64,000 nucleotides of DNA, taken from contig JAKASE010000006.1 in NCBI GenBank assembly GCA_021819135.1, forward strand, positions 18,165-82,164. Reading direction: 5' to 3'. Position 1 is the stretch's first letter. The number at the start of each line of letters is the position of its first letter. Made by a program: the position numbers and the translations under genes. The notes beneath the pieces were generated by a model. It was given only the letters and a program-made list of their open reading frames with translations, was not told where the DNA came from and ran no database searches. The DNA is from Thermoplasmata archaeon. GTDB lineage: Archaea > Thermoplasmatota > Thermoplasmata > Lutacidiplasmatales > UBA184. This document shows, piece after piece, positions 39,454 to 49,031 of the stretch.

Positions 39454-41358
39454 TCAGAGGAGCCGGATCGCCTCGAGGTTGTACGGAACGCGCGACTCGA
39501 GGTTGAACCGCTTGTGCAGGCTCGACGCGAGGTCGAGCGTCTTCGACTCCTCGCCGTGGTTCAGGATCACGCGCTGCGGCCGCGGGTCGAGCGACGCCAC
39601 GAAGTTCATCAGCTGCACCCGGTCGGAGTGCCCGGAGAACCCCTCGATCGTCGCGAGCTCGAGCTTCACCGGGACCGACGCCTGGCGGGGCCCGTCGAGG
39701 AACGTCGCCTCGCTCATCCCGCGCTGGAGACGTCGCCCGAACGTCCCCTCCGCCTGGTACCCGACGAACGTCAGGCCGCTCTTCTCCTCGGGGGCCCACG
39801 CCCGGAAGTACTCCATGACCGGGCCGCCGCTCATCATCCCCGACGTCGCGAGAACGACGCACGGCTCCTTCGAGTCGACGATGGAGAAGCGCATCTGCGC
39901 GGAGTCGACGCGGTGGAAGATGTCCGAGAGGAACGGGTTGTCCCCCTGCTGGAAGATCTGGGTCCGGAGTTGGCTGTTGAGGAACTCCGGGTATGCCGTG
40001 TGGATCGCGGTCGCCTCGAAGATCATCCCGTCGAGGTAGACCGGGACGCGCGGGATCTTCCCCTCGCGCATCTTCTCCTCGATGACGAGCATGACCTCCT
40101 GGGACCGCCCGACCGCGAACACGGGGACGATCAGCTTGCCGCCCCGGGACAGGACCTTCGTCGCGAAGCGGGCGAATTCCTCGGTCGCCTGCTGGCGGCT
40201 CGGCTGGACGTCACGGTACCCGCCGTAGGTCGACTCGAGGACGAGCGTCTCGAGCCGGGGGAACCGGTTGGTCGCCGCGTTGAACAGCCAGCTGCGGTCG
40301 AACTTGATGTCCCCGGAGTAGGCGAGGTTGTGGTCCCCTTCCCCGAGATGGAAATGGCAGATCGAGGATCCGAGGATGTGTCCCGCGTTGTGGAGCGTGA
40401 GGCGCATGTCCGGCGCGATGTCGGTCGTCTCCCCCCAGCGGAGCGGGATCGTCCGGGTGACGAGCTCGCGGACGTGGGAGGAATCGTAGAGGCTCCGGCG
40501 CGCCTCCGAGTTCACGACCTTGATGGCGTCGAGCAGCATGAGCGTCATCAGGTCGCGCGACGGGGCCGTGCAGTAGATCGGGCCCTTGTAGCCGTACTTG
40601 AGGAGGACCGGCACGAGCCCGCAGTGGTCGAGGTGGGCATGGGTGACGACGACCGCGTCGAGCGAGTCGAGGGGGAGGAGCTCGGGCGCGTTGAAGTACG
40701 GCGTGCGGTCGGACCCGGGGTCGATCCCGCAGTCGATCAGCACCTTCGAGTTCTGCGTGGTCAAGAGGTGGGCGCTCCGGCCGACCTCCCGGTAGCCGCC
40801 GAGCGACGTGTTCCGGGCCCAGAGCTTCTCGGGGAGCGGGTCGCGGGCGATGCGGATCCCGACCTTCTTCAGGAACGAGCGACGGTCGTCGAAGGAGTTC
40901 CGCAGGTGGATCCGGACCTCCTCGACGGTCTTCGACGGGATCGGGGGGGTCCGCACGACCGTGGGCACCCAGCCGATCTTCCGCTTGAGGTCGTTCAGGA
41001 CCGAGCCGCCTCGTCCGATCGCCGCGCCCGGGTTGGCCGCTTCGATCGTCACCTCTCCCGTCTCGGGCTCGAAGAAGAGCTGGTTGATCTCCGCCTCGAC
41101 CGGGATCGTCTCCCGGATCGACCGTTCGGCCTCCTTCGGCTCGATCAGGGTCTCCGGGTCGGACCGGACGACCACGCGCCGGTGGAGACGCTGGGCGACC
41201 TGGCGCAGGTAGTCGCCCCCCGAGAGGAACGAGTCGAGCTGCTTCGTGTAGAGGACGATGTGCGGGCCCTCGAGCTCGATGTCGGTGACCTCGATCGTTT
41301 CCGGCAGCACTTCGGTGAGCGCTTGCCGGGTCTGCTCTATGAGAGAGTCGAAACTCAT
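39454..41358 (-). CDS. Beta-CASP ribonuclease aCPSF1 (FttA)
   Basis: N-terminal KH domains, GGYREVGRS, THAHLDH, NAGHILGS, GFSGHSD, NHGE. Confidence 0.95.
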   Translation of the reverse strand: MSFDSLIEQTRQALTEVLPETIEVTDIELEGPHIVLYTKQLDSFLSGGDYLRQVAQRLHRRVVVRSDPETLIEPKEAERSIRETIPVEAEINQLFFEPETGEVTIEAANPGAAIGRGGSVLNDLKRKIGWVPTVVRTPPIPSKTVEEVRIHLRNSFDDRRSFLKKVGIRIARDPLPEKLWARNTSLGGYREVGRSAHLLTTQNSKVLIDCGIDPGSDRTPYFNAPELLPLDSLDAVVVTHAHLDHCGLVPVLLKYGYKGPIYCTAPSRDLMTLMLLDAIKVVNSEARRSLYDSSHVRELVTRTIPLRWGETTDIAPDMRLTLHNAGHILGSSICHFHLGEGDHNLAYSGDIKFDRSWLFNAATNRFPRLETLVLESTYGGYRDVQPSRQQATEEFARFATKVLSRGGKLIVPVFAVGRSQEVMLVIEEKMREGKIPRVPVYLDGMIFEATAIHTAYPEFLNSQLRTQIFQQGDNPFLSDIFHRVDSAQMRFSIVDSKEPCVVLATSGMMSGGPVMEYFRAWAPEEKSGLTFVGYQAEGTFGRRLQRGMSEATFLDGPRQASVPVKLELATIEGFSGHSDRVQLMNFVASLDPRPQRVILNHGEESKTLDLASSLHKRFNLESRVPYNLEAIRLL

Positions 41359-41425
41359 TCGATTCCGCAGGGGAACGGGTTCGTGGGAAGAGGTTCGCCG
41401 CCCGCGCCGGCGGGAGGGGCCCGGC

Positions 41426-42100
41426 CTATGGGAGCGCTGGAGGCAGCGGTATCTTGAGGGACTTCAGGCGTTTATTAATTTCGTCGTCCGTCAGCTCGCG
41501 GTATTCCTTCGTGGAGATGATGTGGACGAGGTAGCCGTCCCCGCTCGCGCTGTCCCGCTTCATCGCGGCCGTGAGGCCCCGGAGCGCGAGATCGACCCCG
41601 TCCGAGGTCGACATGTCGCGCGAGTAGCCCTCCTCGAGCAGGCCGTAGGCGAACGTCGAGCCGGACCCGACGGAGACGAACTTGTCCTCGATGCACCCGC
41701 CCGCCGGGTCGACCGAGAAGACGTGGCCGCCCTTCGCGTCCACGCCCCCGAGGATCAACCAGGCGTAGTACGGATAGAAGCGGTTCCCGTTCAGGATGTT
41801 CGCGAGGAGCGTCGCCGCACCCTCGGCCGACAGCGGGGCGCTGCGGCGGAGCCGATAGAGCGAGACCTCGGCCTTGAGGTATCGGGCGAGCACCTGGGCG
41901 TCGCCGACGAGGCCGGCGATCGTGATCCCGATGTTCGCGTCGATGCGGAAGACCTTCTGCGTCGCCTTGTTCGAGATGAGGTTGCCCGCGGTGGCGCGTC
42001 GCTCGGTCGCGAGGACGACCCCGTCCTTGCAGACCATGCCGATCGTCGTCGTGCCCTTCAGGAGGCGCTCCTCATCGACCGGGCTGATCATGCTCTGCAT
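41426..42100 (-). CDS. psmB: Proteasome beta subunit
   Basis: Propeptide followed by KG|TTTIG, GSGS, RDSASG. Confidence 0.95.
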   Translation of the reverse strand: MQSMISPVDEERLLKGTTTIGMVCKDGVVLATERRATAGNLISNKATQKVFRIDANIGITIAGLVGDAQVLARYLKAEVSLYRLRRSAPLSAEGAATLLANILNGNRFYPYYAWLILGGVDAKGGHVFSVDPAGGCIEDKFVSVGSGSTFAYGLLEEGYSRDMSTSDGVDLALRGLTAAMKRDSASGDGYLVHIISTKEYRELTDDEINKRLKSLKIPLPPALP

Positions 42101-42292
42101 CGTTCGACCTTCGACGGGCGAAGGCTGACGGGCGGACCCGGGGTCGGTATATAAGGGCTCACGCGGCGATTACCGAAGGGTCACCGACGAACGCGTTTTC
42201 CCTCGACCGGCCCGGCCGCGCACGGCCGGGCCGGTTTCGCCCCTCCCCACACAACCGATTAATCCCGCACGCGGCTCCGTCGCTCGGTCGTC

Positions 42293-43975
42293 ATGCGGAA
42301 GCACGAGGTCGTGGTCGTAGGAGCGGGACTCGCCGGACAACGCGCGGCGCTCGCGGCGATCGAGGCCGGTCGGGAGGTCGCGATCGTGACCAAGCTGCAT
42401 CCGCTCCGGTCGCACTCGGGGGCCGCCCAGGGCGGGATCAACGCTGCGGTGGGCGCCGACGACTCGGTCGACACCCACATCTACGACACCGTGAAGGGGT
42501 CCGACTACCTCGGCGACCAGGACGCGATCGAGTTCTTCTGCAAGTCCGCCGGCCCGACCGTCATCGAGATGGAGCATTTCGGAACGATCTTCAGCCGCGG
42601 GGCGGACGGTTCGCTCGCCCGGCGGGCCTTCGGGGGGGCCGGGTTCCCCCGGACGATCTATGCCGCCGACCGGACGGGGCTCGCGCTCCTCCAGGGGCTC
42701 TGGGAGCGCCTCGGCTCCGAGCGGTTCACGATGTACGAGGAGTGGGAGCTCGCGAAGCTCGTCGTCCGCGACGGCCGGGTCCAGGGCCTCATCGCCCTCG
42801 ACCGCCGGCGGGGCGAGTTCGAGGGGATCGCCGCCCGATCGATCGTGGTGGCGACCGGACCCTCCGGTCGGGTCTACGGACGGACCACCAACGCCCACAG
42901 CTGCGCCGGCGACGGCGTCAGCGTCGCCTACGAGGCCGGCGCGTTCCTCAAGGACATGGAGTTCGTCCAGTTCCATCCGACCGCCCTGCTCGAGTCGAGC
43001 ATCCTGATCACCGAGGGGGCCCGGGGCGAGGGCGGGATCCTGAAGAACGCCGCCGGGGAGCGGTTCATGTCGAAGTACGCCCCGCACGCGCTCGAGCTCG
43101 CCTCCCGCGACGTCGTCTCCCGCTCGATCGTCACCGAGGTGCGGGAGGGACGGGGGTTCTCCGGCCCGTACGGGGGGTACGTCCATCTCGAGCTGATGCA
43201 TCTCGGCAAGGAGAAGGTCGAGAGCCGGCTCCAGGAGATCTGCGACTACTCTCGGCTCTTCGCGGGCATCGATCCCGTGACCCAGCCGATCCCGGTCTAT
43301 CCCGCCCAGCACTACATGATGGGCGGGGTCGGGACGGACATCCACGGCGCGACGAACATCGCGGGCCTGTTCGCCGCCGGCGAGGCGGCGTGCGTCTCGG
43401 TCCACGGGGCGAACCGGCTCGGCGGGAACTCGCTCCTCGACACGCTCGTCTTCGGCAAGGAGGCGGGGATCGCCGCGGCCGAGTTCGCCGCGAAGGCGTC
43501 GACCCCCGAGCTCACCGCCGCGGACGTCACGGAGGCGACCGCGCCGTACCGGGCCTGGTCGAGCCGAACGGATGGGGAGGACCCGTCCGCATTGCGGAAG
43601 GAGATGCAGCAGACCATGGACCGGTACGCCGGCATCTACCGGACCGAGTCCGACCTCGCCGAGGGACTGAAGCGGATCCGGGCGGTCAAGAAGCGGTTCG
43701 AACGGGTGCGGGTCGTGGACCAGTCCAAGGTGTTCAACCTCAACCTCACCGACGCGATCGAGACCGGGGAGATGATCGAGCTCGCGGAGGTGATCCTGGT
43801 CGGGGCGTACGCCCGGACGGAGAGCCGCGGGGCCCACTTCCGGGTCGACTACCCGAAGCGGGACGATGCGCGCTGGATGAAGCACACGCTCGCCCAGATG
43901 GGACCCGAGGGACCGACCCTCTCGTACTCCCCCGTGGCGTTCACCCGCTGGGAAGCAAAGGAGAGGGTGTACTGA
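42293..43975 (+). CDS. sdhA: Succinate dehydrogenase/fumarate reductase flavoprotein
   Basis: [16 protein letters not shown] (covalent FAD His), [28 protein letters not shown]. Confidence 0.95.
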   Translation: MRKHEVVVVGAGLAGQRAALAAIEAGREVAIVTKLHPLRSHSGAAQGGINAAVGADDSVDTHIYDTVKGSDYLGDQDAIEFFCKSAGPTVIEMEHFGTIFSRGADGSLARRAFGGAGFPRTIYAADRTGLALLQGLWERLGSERFTMYEEWELAKLVVRDGRVQGLIALDRRRGEFEGIAARSIVVATGPSGRVYGRTTNAHSCAGDGVSVAYEAGAFLKDMEFVQFHPTALLESSILITEGARGEGGILKNAAGERFMSKYAPHALELASRDVVSRSIVTEVREGRGFSGPYGGYVHLELMHLGKEKVESRLQEICDYSRLFAGIDPVTQPIPVYPAQHYMMGGVGTDIHGATNIAGLFAAGEAACVSVHGANRLGGNSLLDTLVFGKEAGIAAAEFAAKASTPELTAADVTEATAPYRAWSSRTDGEDPSALRKEMQQTMDRYAGIYRTESDLAEGLKRIRAVKKRFERVRVVDQSKVFNLNLTDAIETGEMIELAEVILVGAYARTESRGAHFRVDYPKRDDARWMKHTLAQMGPEGPTLSYSPVAFTRWEAKERVY

Positions 43976-44946
43976 TGACCGCGAACCTGACCAAGGCCGA
44001 GTTCGACGTGTATCGCTACGATCCGACCAAGGATGCGAAGCCGCGATACCAGCGCTACACCCTGGAGCTCGCCCCCCACACCCCGGTCCTCTCCGCCCTC
44101 CTCCAGATCCGCGCCGAGGTCGACCCGAGCCTCTCGCTCCGGTACTCCTGCCGCCACGCGATCTGCGGCTCCTGCGCGATGCAGATCAACTCGAAGAGCC
44201 GCCTCGCCTGCCAGACCCAGATCGGCCCCGAGATGGCAAAGCACGGGCGGATCGTCATCGAGCCGATGCGCAACCAGCCGGTGATCCGCGACCTCGTGGT
44301 CGACCAGTCGCCGTTCTGGCGCCAGTACGACCGGATCGAACCGCATCTCAAGCTCGACCCGGCGCATCCGATGCCGGTCGGCCAGCCGACGTCGATGTCG
44401 CCGGAAGAGGTCGAGCGGTTCAAGGAGACCCCGCGGTGCATCGCCTGCGGAGCCTGCTACTCCGCCTGCCCGGCGGTCGAGTCCGACCCGGAGTTCCCGG
44501 GCCCGATGGCGCTCGCGAAGCTCTATCGGTTCGTCGTCGACCCGCGCGACCACGCCCACCAGGACCGCCTCCTCCGCATCCAGCCAGGCGGGCTGTGGCT
44601 GTGTCTGCGCTGCCACCTGTGCACGGAGTCGTGCCCGAAGGACGTGCGACCCTCGGAGCGGATCCGCGACCTGAAGGAGCTCGCGATCACCGCCCAGGGG
44701 GCGACCGAGCACGGTTCCCGGCACGCGGTCGGCTTCAAGGACAACCTGCCGGACGCCGGGGTGCTCAACGAGATGAAGCTCGTCCGGCAGACCTACGGCC
44801 TCGTCGGCACGCTCGGCCAGCTCGGCCAGGGGATCCGGATCTATCGCAAGAAGCCCGAGATCCTTCGCAAGCCGCATCCGATCCAGGGCGTCGAGGAGGT
44901 ACGGAAGATCTACCGCGCCCTCGACCGCGAGGAGGGGAAGGAATGA
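43975..44946 (+). CDS. sdhB: Succinate dehydrogenase/fumarate reductase Fe-S subunit
   Basis: SCRHAICGSC, CIACGACYSACP, CLRCHLCTESCP; ATG at 43975. Confidence 0.93.
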   Translation: MTANLTKAEFDVYRYDPTKDAKPRYQRYTLELAPHTPVLSALLQIRAEVDPSLSLRYSCRHAICGSCAMQINSKSRLACQTQIGPEMAKHGRIVIEPMRNQPVIRDLVVDQSPFWRQYDRIEPHLKLDPAHPMPVGQPTSMSPEEVERFKETPRCIACGACYSACPAVESDPEFPGPMALAKLYRFVVDPRDHAHQDRLLRIQPGGLWLCLRCHLCTESCPKDVRPSERIRDLKELAITAQGATEHGSRHAVGFKDNLPDAGVLNEMKLVRQTYGLVGTLGQLGQGIRIYRKKPEILRKPHPIQGVEEVRKIYRALDREEGKE

Positions 44947-45824
44947 GGATCGCCTACTACCCCGGCTGCGTCGCCCAGGAGTCCGGCAAGGAGCTCGACA
45001 TGGCGACGCGCTACGTCGCCCGGGCGTTCGGGATCGAGCTGGTCGAGTTCCCGAGCTTCTCCTGCTGCGGTTCCGGCTTCATCGACGAGGCGAACGAGGC
45101 GCTCAACATCGCCATCAACGCCCGGAACCTCGCGATCGCCGAGAAGGCCGGCCTCGACATCCTGACGATCTGCTCGACCTGCCAGGGGATGCTCACCCTC
45201 GCGAACCTCCGGATGCAGGATCCCTCGATGCGCGCGCGGGTGGATGGCGCCCTGAAGCCGCTCGGGATCGAGTACCGGGGGACGGTCAAGGTCAAGCACC
45301 TCCTCCGGGTCCTCACGGAGGACGTCGGACTCGCGGCGGTGAAGGCGAAGGTCCGCCGGCCGCTCGCGGGCATGAAGGTGGGGGCGTTCTACGGCTGTCA
45401 CCTCCTCCGGCCGGGCGACGAGATGGCCTGGGAGGACGGCGAGGAGCCGCACGCCTTTGAGGACCTCCTCGCGGCGATCGGGGCGACCCCGGTCGACTAC
45501 CGCGGCCGGGTGATGTGCTGCGGGTTCCCGATCCAGTTCGTCAAGCCCGAGACCGCGAGCCGCGTCGGGGGGCGACAGATCCTCGACGCGAAGGCCCACG
45601 GCGCGGACGCGATGGCGACCCCGTGCCCCCTCTGCCACATCTCGCTCGACGCCTACCAGAACAAGGCCTCGAAGGCGGTCCAGGCGCCGCTCGACATGCC
45701 GATCTTCCATCTCCCGCAGCTCGTCGGTCTCGCGATCGGCGCCTCCCCCGAGGACATGGGGCTCGCGCGCCACCTCGTGCCCACCCAGCCGGCGCTCGCG
45801 AAGGTCTCCGCCCCTGCCCGCTGA
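44943..45824 (+). CDS. CCG-domain (HdrB-like) subunit, SdhE type
   Basis: YYPGC, SCCG, CSTC, FYGCH, MCCG, CPLCH; ATG at 44943. Confidence 0.9.
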   Translation: MRIAYYPGCVAQESGKELDMATRYVARAFGIELVEFPSFSCCGSGFIDEANEALNIAINARNLAIAEKAGLDILTICSTCQGMLTLANLRMQDPSMRARVDGALKPLGIEYRGTVKVKHLLRVLTEDVGLAAVKAKVRRPLAGMKVGAFYGCHLLRPGDEMAWEDGEEPHAFEDLLAAIGATPVDYRGRVMCCGFPIQFVKPETASRVGGRQILDAKAHGADAMATPCPLCHISLDAYQNKASKAVQAPLDMPIFHLPQLVGLAIGASPEDMGLARHLVPTQPALAKVSAPAR

Positions 45825-46239
45825 AGCGTCCGCCCCCCGTCGCCGATTCGCCAGCGGCACGTCCTGGGAGCCGAAGGTCGGGTACAGCCGGGCGATCCGC
45901 ATCGGCCGACGGGTGCTGGTCTCGGGAACGACCGCGACGGCCCCCGACGGGACGATCGTCGGGCGGCACGACGCCTACCAGCAGACGGTCCAGGCGCTCG
46001 ACAACATCGAGCGGGCCCTGACGGCGCTCGGGAGCTCCCGCGAGGCGATCGTCCGGCTCCGCCTGTTCATCACCGACTTCGGGGACTTCGAGGAGATCGC
46101 CCGGGCGCTCGGCGAGCGGTTCCGGGAGATCCGGCCCACGAACACGATGGTGAAGGTCGCGGGCCTCATCGACCCCGCGATGCGCGTAGAGATCGAGGCC
46201 GAAGCGGTCGACGACGGTCCGGGACCGGACGGCGCCTAG
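45814..46239 (+). CDS. RidA/YjgF family protein; probable CTG start
   Basis: SGTSWEPKVGYSRA (upstream of the first GTG), VSGTT, IRPTNTMV.V..L, VEIEAEA. Confidence 0.85.
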   Translation: MPAEASAPRRRFASGTSWEPKVGYSRAIRIGRRVLVSGTTATAPDGTIVGRHDAYQQTVQALDNIERALTALGSSREAIVRLRLFITDFGDFEEIARALGERFREIRPTNTMVKVAGLIDPAMRVEIEAEAVDDGPGPDGA

Positions 46240-46243
46240 GCGG

Positions 46244-46525
46244 CTAGGGCTCCGCCCCGCCCGACGGCGACGGGGGGCCCGTCCGGGTGAGGGTCTCCGC
46301 CCCCTTCCCCTTCGTCACGTAGAGGTGCAGGCGGTCGCACTGGTGCCGGAAGTACCCCCGCGCGGCGTCGCGGTCGAACGTCTCGCGGAGGAACCGCTCG
46401 AGGTCGGCCTCCGAGAGCCCGGGATCGACCGCCGGGGAGAACATGCACTGGAAGACGAGGAACCGCCGGCCCTCGAGGTCGAACCGGGCGGTCTCGCGGG
46501 CGCCGCAGAACGGGCAGGTCGGCAC
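46244..46525 (-). CDS. Small CPxCG zinc-finger-like protein
   Basis: CPFCG...FQCMF...QCDRLH. Confidence 0.6.
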   Translation of the reverse strand: MPTCPFCGARETARFDLEGRRFLVFQCMFSPAVDPGLSEADLERFLRETFDRDAARGYFRHQCDRLHLYVTKGKGAETLTRTGPPSPSGGAEP

Positions 46526-46572
46526 GTCGGACGGACCGGCCGGGACCGATTAATCGTTGCCGGCCCGGTCCC

Positions 46573-46800
46573 TCAATCGATGTAACCGAGGGAGCGCAGC
46601 CGGTCCCTGAGGTGGCGTTCGTCCTCCTCGCTAAAGACCGGCTCCCCGGGCTCCTCGAGGAGACGGGCGAGGACGAAGGCGACGAACGCATCCGGCGAAT
46701 CGAACGCGGAACCCCGGATCCGGGCGCGGATCGCGCGGACGAGCTCCTCGGGGAGCGCGATCCGCTCGGTCGAGCCGTTCTCCGGCGCCGCCTCGGTCAT
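46573..46800 (-). CDS. Small CopG/RHH-like protein ending in RLRSLGYID
   Basis: IALPEEL...F.S...FV.FVL..LL followed by EEDERHLRDRLRSLGYID. Confidence 0.75.
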   Translation of the reverse strand: MTEAAPENGSTERIALPEELVRAIRARIRGSAFDSPDAFVAFVLARLLEEPGEPVFSEEDERHLRDRLRSLGYID

Positions 46801-46870
46801 GGGCCCCTCCTCCGACGCGGCCGAGGAGATAGTCTCTTCGACCGGGGCCCGGCCGACGCCGGCGGGTCGG

Positions 46871-47818
46871 TCATTCCCATTCGATCGTCGCGGGAGGCTT
46901 GTCGGTGACATCGTACAGCACCCGGACGACCTCGCCCGAGAGCTCCCGGGTGATGCGCTCGGCGATGCGGGAGAGGACGGCGCGCGGGAGCGCCATCGAC
47001 GTGGCGGTCATGGCGTCGATCGACTCGACGGCGCGGACGCTCACGGCCTCGCCATACACGCGGTTGTCCCCGAGGACCCCGACCGTGCGCACGGGAAGGA
47101 GGACGGCGAAGTACTGCCAGGGCCGAGCGATCGTCTTCGCCGCCGCGGCCCGTTCGATCTCCTCTTCGACGATCGCGTTCGCGATCCGGGCGCGACGGAC
47201 CCGCTCGGGGGTCACCGGTCCGTTCACCCGGACCGCCAGCCCCGGGCCGGGGAACGGCTGCCGCTCCGCCTCGGGGACCCCGAGGTGGCGGGCGAGCGCG
47301 CGGACTTCATCCTTGTAGAGGTCGCGCAGCGGCTCGACCAGGGTGAGGCGCATGTCCGCCGGGATGCCCCCGACGTTGTGGTGGGTCTTGATCGTGTCGC
47401 GCAGCGCCCCGCCGCTCTCGATCCAGTCCGGGGCGATCGTCCCCTGGACGAGCCGGTCGGCGCCGGATCGCTCCGCCTCCGCCTCGAACAGACGGACGAA
47501 CGCGGTCCCGATGCGGCGGCGTTTCTCCTCCGGGTCCTCGACCCCGAGGAGGGCGGCGAAGAACCGGTCGGCGGCGGGGACGACCTCGAAGGTGAGCCCG
47601 CTCGTCCGGAAGAAGTCCCGCACCCGCTCCACCTCGCCCGCCCGCAAGAGGCCGGTATCGACGAAGACCGCACGGGCCCGGTCGCCGAGCGCCTTTTCGG
47701 TGAGGAGGGCGGCGACCGTGGAGTCGATGCCCCCCGAGGCGGCGATGATCACCTTGCCCGGCACCTCCGCCCGGAGACGCGAGACCGCCTCCTCGGTGAA
47801 CTTCGCCGGGTCGATCAT
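46871..47818 (-). CDS. guaAB: GMP synthase ATP pyrophosphatase subunit B
   Basis: SGGIDS, EEKR, QGTIAPD, IKTHHNVGG, PFPGPGL, KPPATIEWE. Confidence 0.93.
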   Translation of the reverse strand: MIDPAKFTEEAVSRLRAEVPGKVIIAASGGIDSTVAALLTEKALGDRARAVFVDTGLLRAGEVERVRDFFRTSGLTFEVVPAADRFFAALLGVEDPEEKRRRIGTAFVRLFEAEAERSGADRLVQGTIAPDWIESGGALRDTIKTHHNVGGIPADMRLTLVEPLRDLYKDEVRALARHLGVPEAERQPFPGPGLAVRVNGPVTPERVRRARIANAIVEEEIERAAAAKTIARPWQYFAVLLPVRTVGVLGDNRVYGEAVSVRAVESIDAMTATSMALPRAVLSRIAERITRELSGEVVRVLYDVTDKPPATIEWE

Positions 47819-48276
47819 GCGGGGCTCCCGGGCGGAGGGGGGCTCTCCTCCTTCCAGCGGGCCCGGTACCGCTCGAGCGACGCGGTGACCTCGGGGTACT
47901 TCAACGCGAGGATCTCGGCCGCGAGCAGGGCGGCGTTCTCCGCCGCGTCCAGCCCGACCGCGGCGACCGGGACACCGGGGGGCATCTGGACCACCGAGAG
48001 CAGGCTGTCGAGACCGAGGCCCCGGTGCAGCGGGACCCCGACGACCGGCTTCACGGTCCGCGCCGCGACGGCGCCGGGGAGGGCCGCGGAGAGACCGGCC
48101 ATCGCGACGAAGAGGTCCGTCGCCGGGTCGGCCACCAGCCGGTCGACCTTCTCGGGCGTGCGGTGCGCCGAGGCCACGTGGACCTCGCAGGGCACCCCGA
48201 GGTCCGTCAGCCGGACCCGGACCTTCTCGGCGATCTCGAGGTCGGACTTGCTGCCCACCAGGACCGTGACCTTCAC
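47815..48276 (-). CDS. purE: N5-CAIR mutase
   Basis: GSKSD, SAHRTP, AGLSAALPG, VQMPPGVPVA; GTG at 48276. Confidence 0.95.
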   Translation of the reverse strand: MKVTVLVGSKSDLEIAEKVRVRLTDLGVPCEVHVASAHRTPEKVDRLVADPATDLFVAMAGLSAALPGAVAARTVKPVVGVPLHRGLGLDSLLSVVQMPPGVPVAAVGLDAAENAALLAAEILALKYPEVTASLERYRARWKEESPPPPGSPA

Positions 48277-48362
48277 ATCCGCGGTCGAGCGTCCGAAAGA
48301 GAAAAGCATTGGCCGGGGGACGGCCGAGGTTTGATAGGCCCGCCCGCGCCTCGCCGACGCGC

Positions 48363-49016
48363 ATGGCGCTCCGGATCCACCGCGGCGGTCGGTTCCGCCG
48401 GTGGCTCGGCGCCCGGTTCGGCGGCGACGAGGTCCTTGGCGACCGGCTCTGGCGGCGGATCCTCCACCTCTTCGGGGCCGCGGTCCTCGCCTACTATGTC
48501 CTTCCGGTCGGGTTCTTCCTCGTCCTCCCGAAGGAGGACGTCCTCCTCCTCGCCCTGGCCGCGGTCCTGGTCCTCGAAGGACTGCGGCACGCCGCGGGGC
48601 TCGAGCTCCCGACGGTGCGGCCGTACGAGGAGCACCGCATCGCGAGCTTCGTCTTCTACGCGATCGCGCTCGTCGGCACGGTCCTCCTCTTCCCGGTGCC
48701 GATCGCCGCGGCGGTCGTTCTGGGGACGTCGCTGGTCGATCCCCTCGCGGGCGAGCTGCGGGGGGCCCCCCGCCTCGCGCGGCTCTACCCCGTCGTCCCG
48801 CTCGCCGCCTATGCGCTCCTCGCGTGGACCGGCCTCGCGCTCATCGGGGGATGGCCGGTACTGCTCTCGGCCGGCCTCGCGGTCCTCTCCGCGCCGATCG
48901 CCATCGCGGTCGAGCGGCCGAAGCTGCCCTGGGTCGACGACGACCTCGCGATGATGTTCGTGCCGGCGCTGGCCCTCTACGCGATCGGTTCGGTCGCGCT
49001 TGGGCTGCCCGGCTAG
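48363..49016 (+). CDS. Membrane protein, dolichol/phytol kinase-like
   Basis: Multi-TM protein with RRILH, RPYE, DPLAG and a terminal DDDL. Confidence 0.65.
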   Translation: MALRIHRGGRFRRWLGARFGGDEVLGDRLWRRILHLFGAAVLAYYVLPVGFFLVLPKEDVLLLALAAVLVLEGLRHAAGLELPTVRPYEEHRIASFVFYAIALVGTVLLFPVPIAAAVVLGTSLVDPLAGELRGAPRLARLYPVVPLAAYALLAWTGLALIGGWPVLLSAGLAVLSAPIAIAVERPKLPWVDDDLAMMFVPALALYAIGSVALGLPG

Positions 49017-49031
49017 CGGGTCCGCGCGGGC

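Noticed and set aside
39454-42100. psmB-aCPSF1 adjacency as a novel link
   Set aside because: This is a well-known conserved archaeal gene pair.
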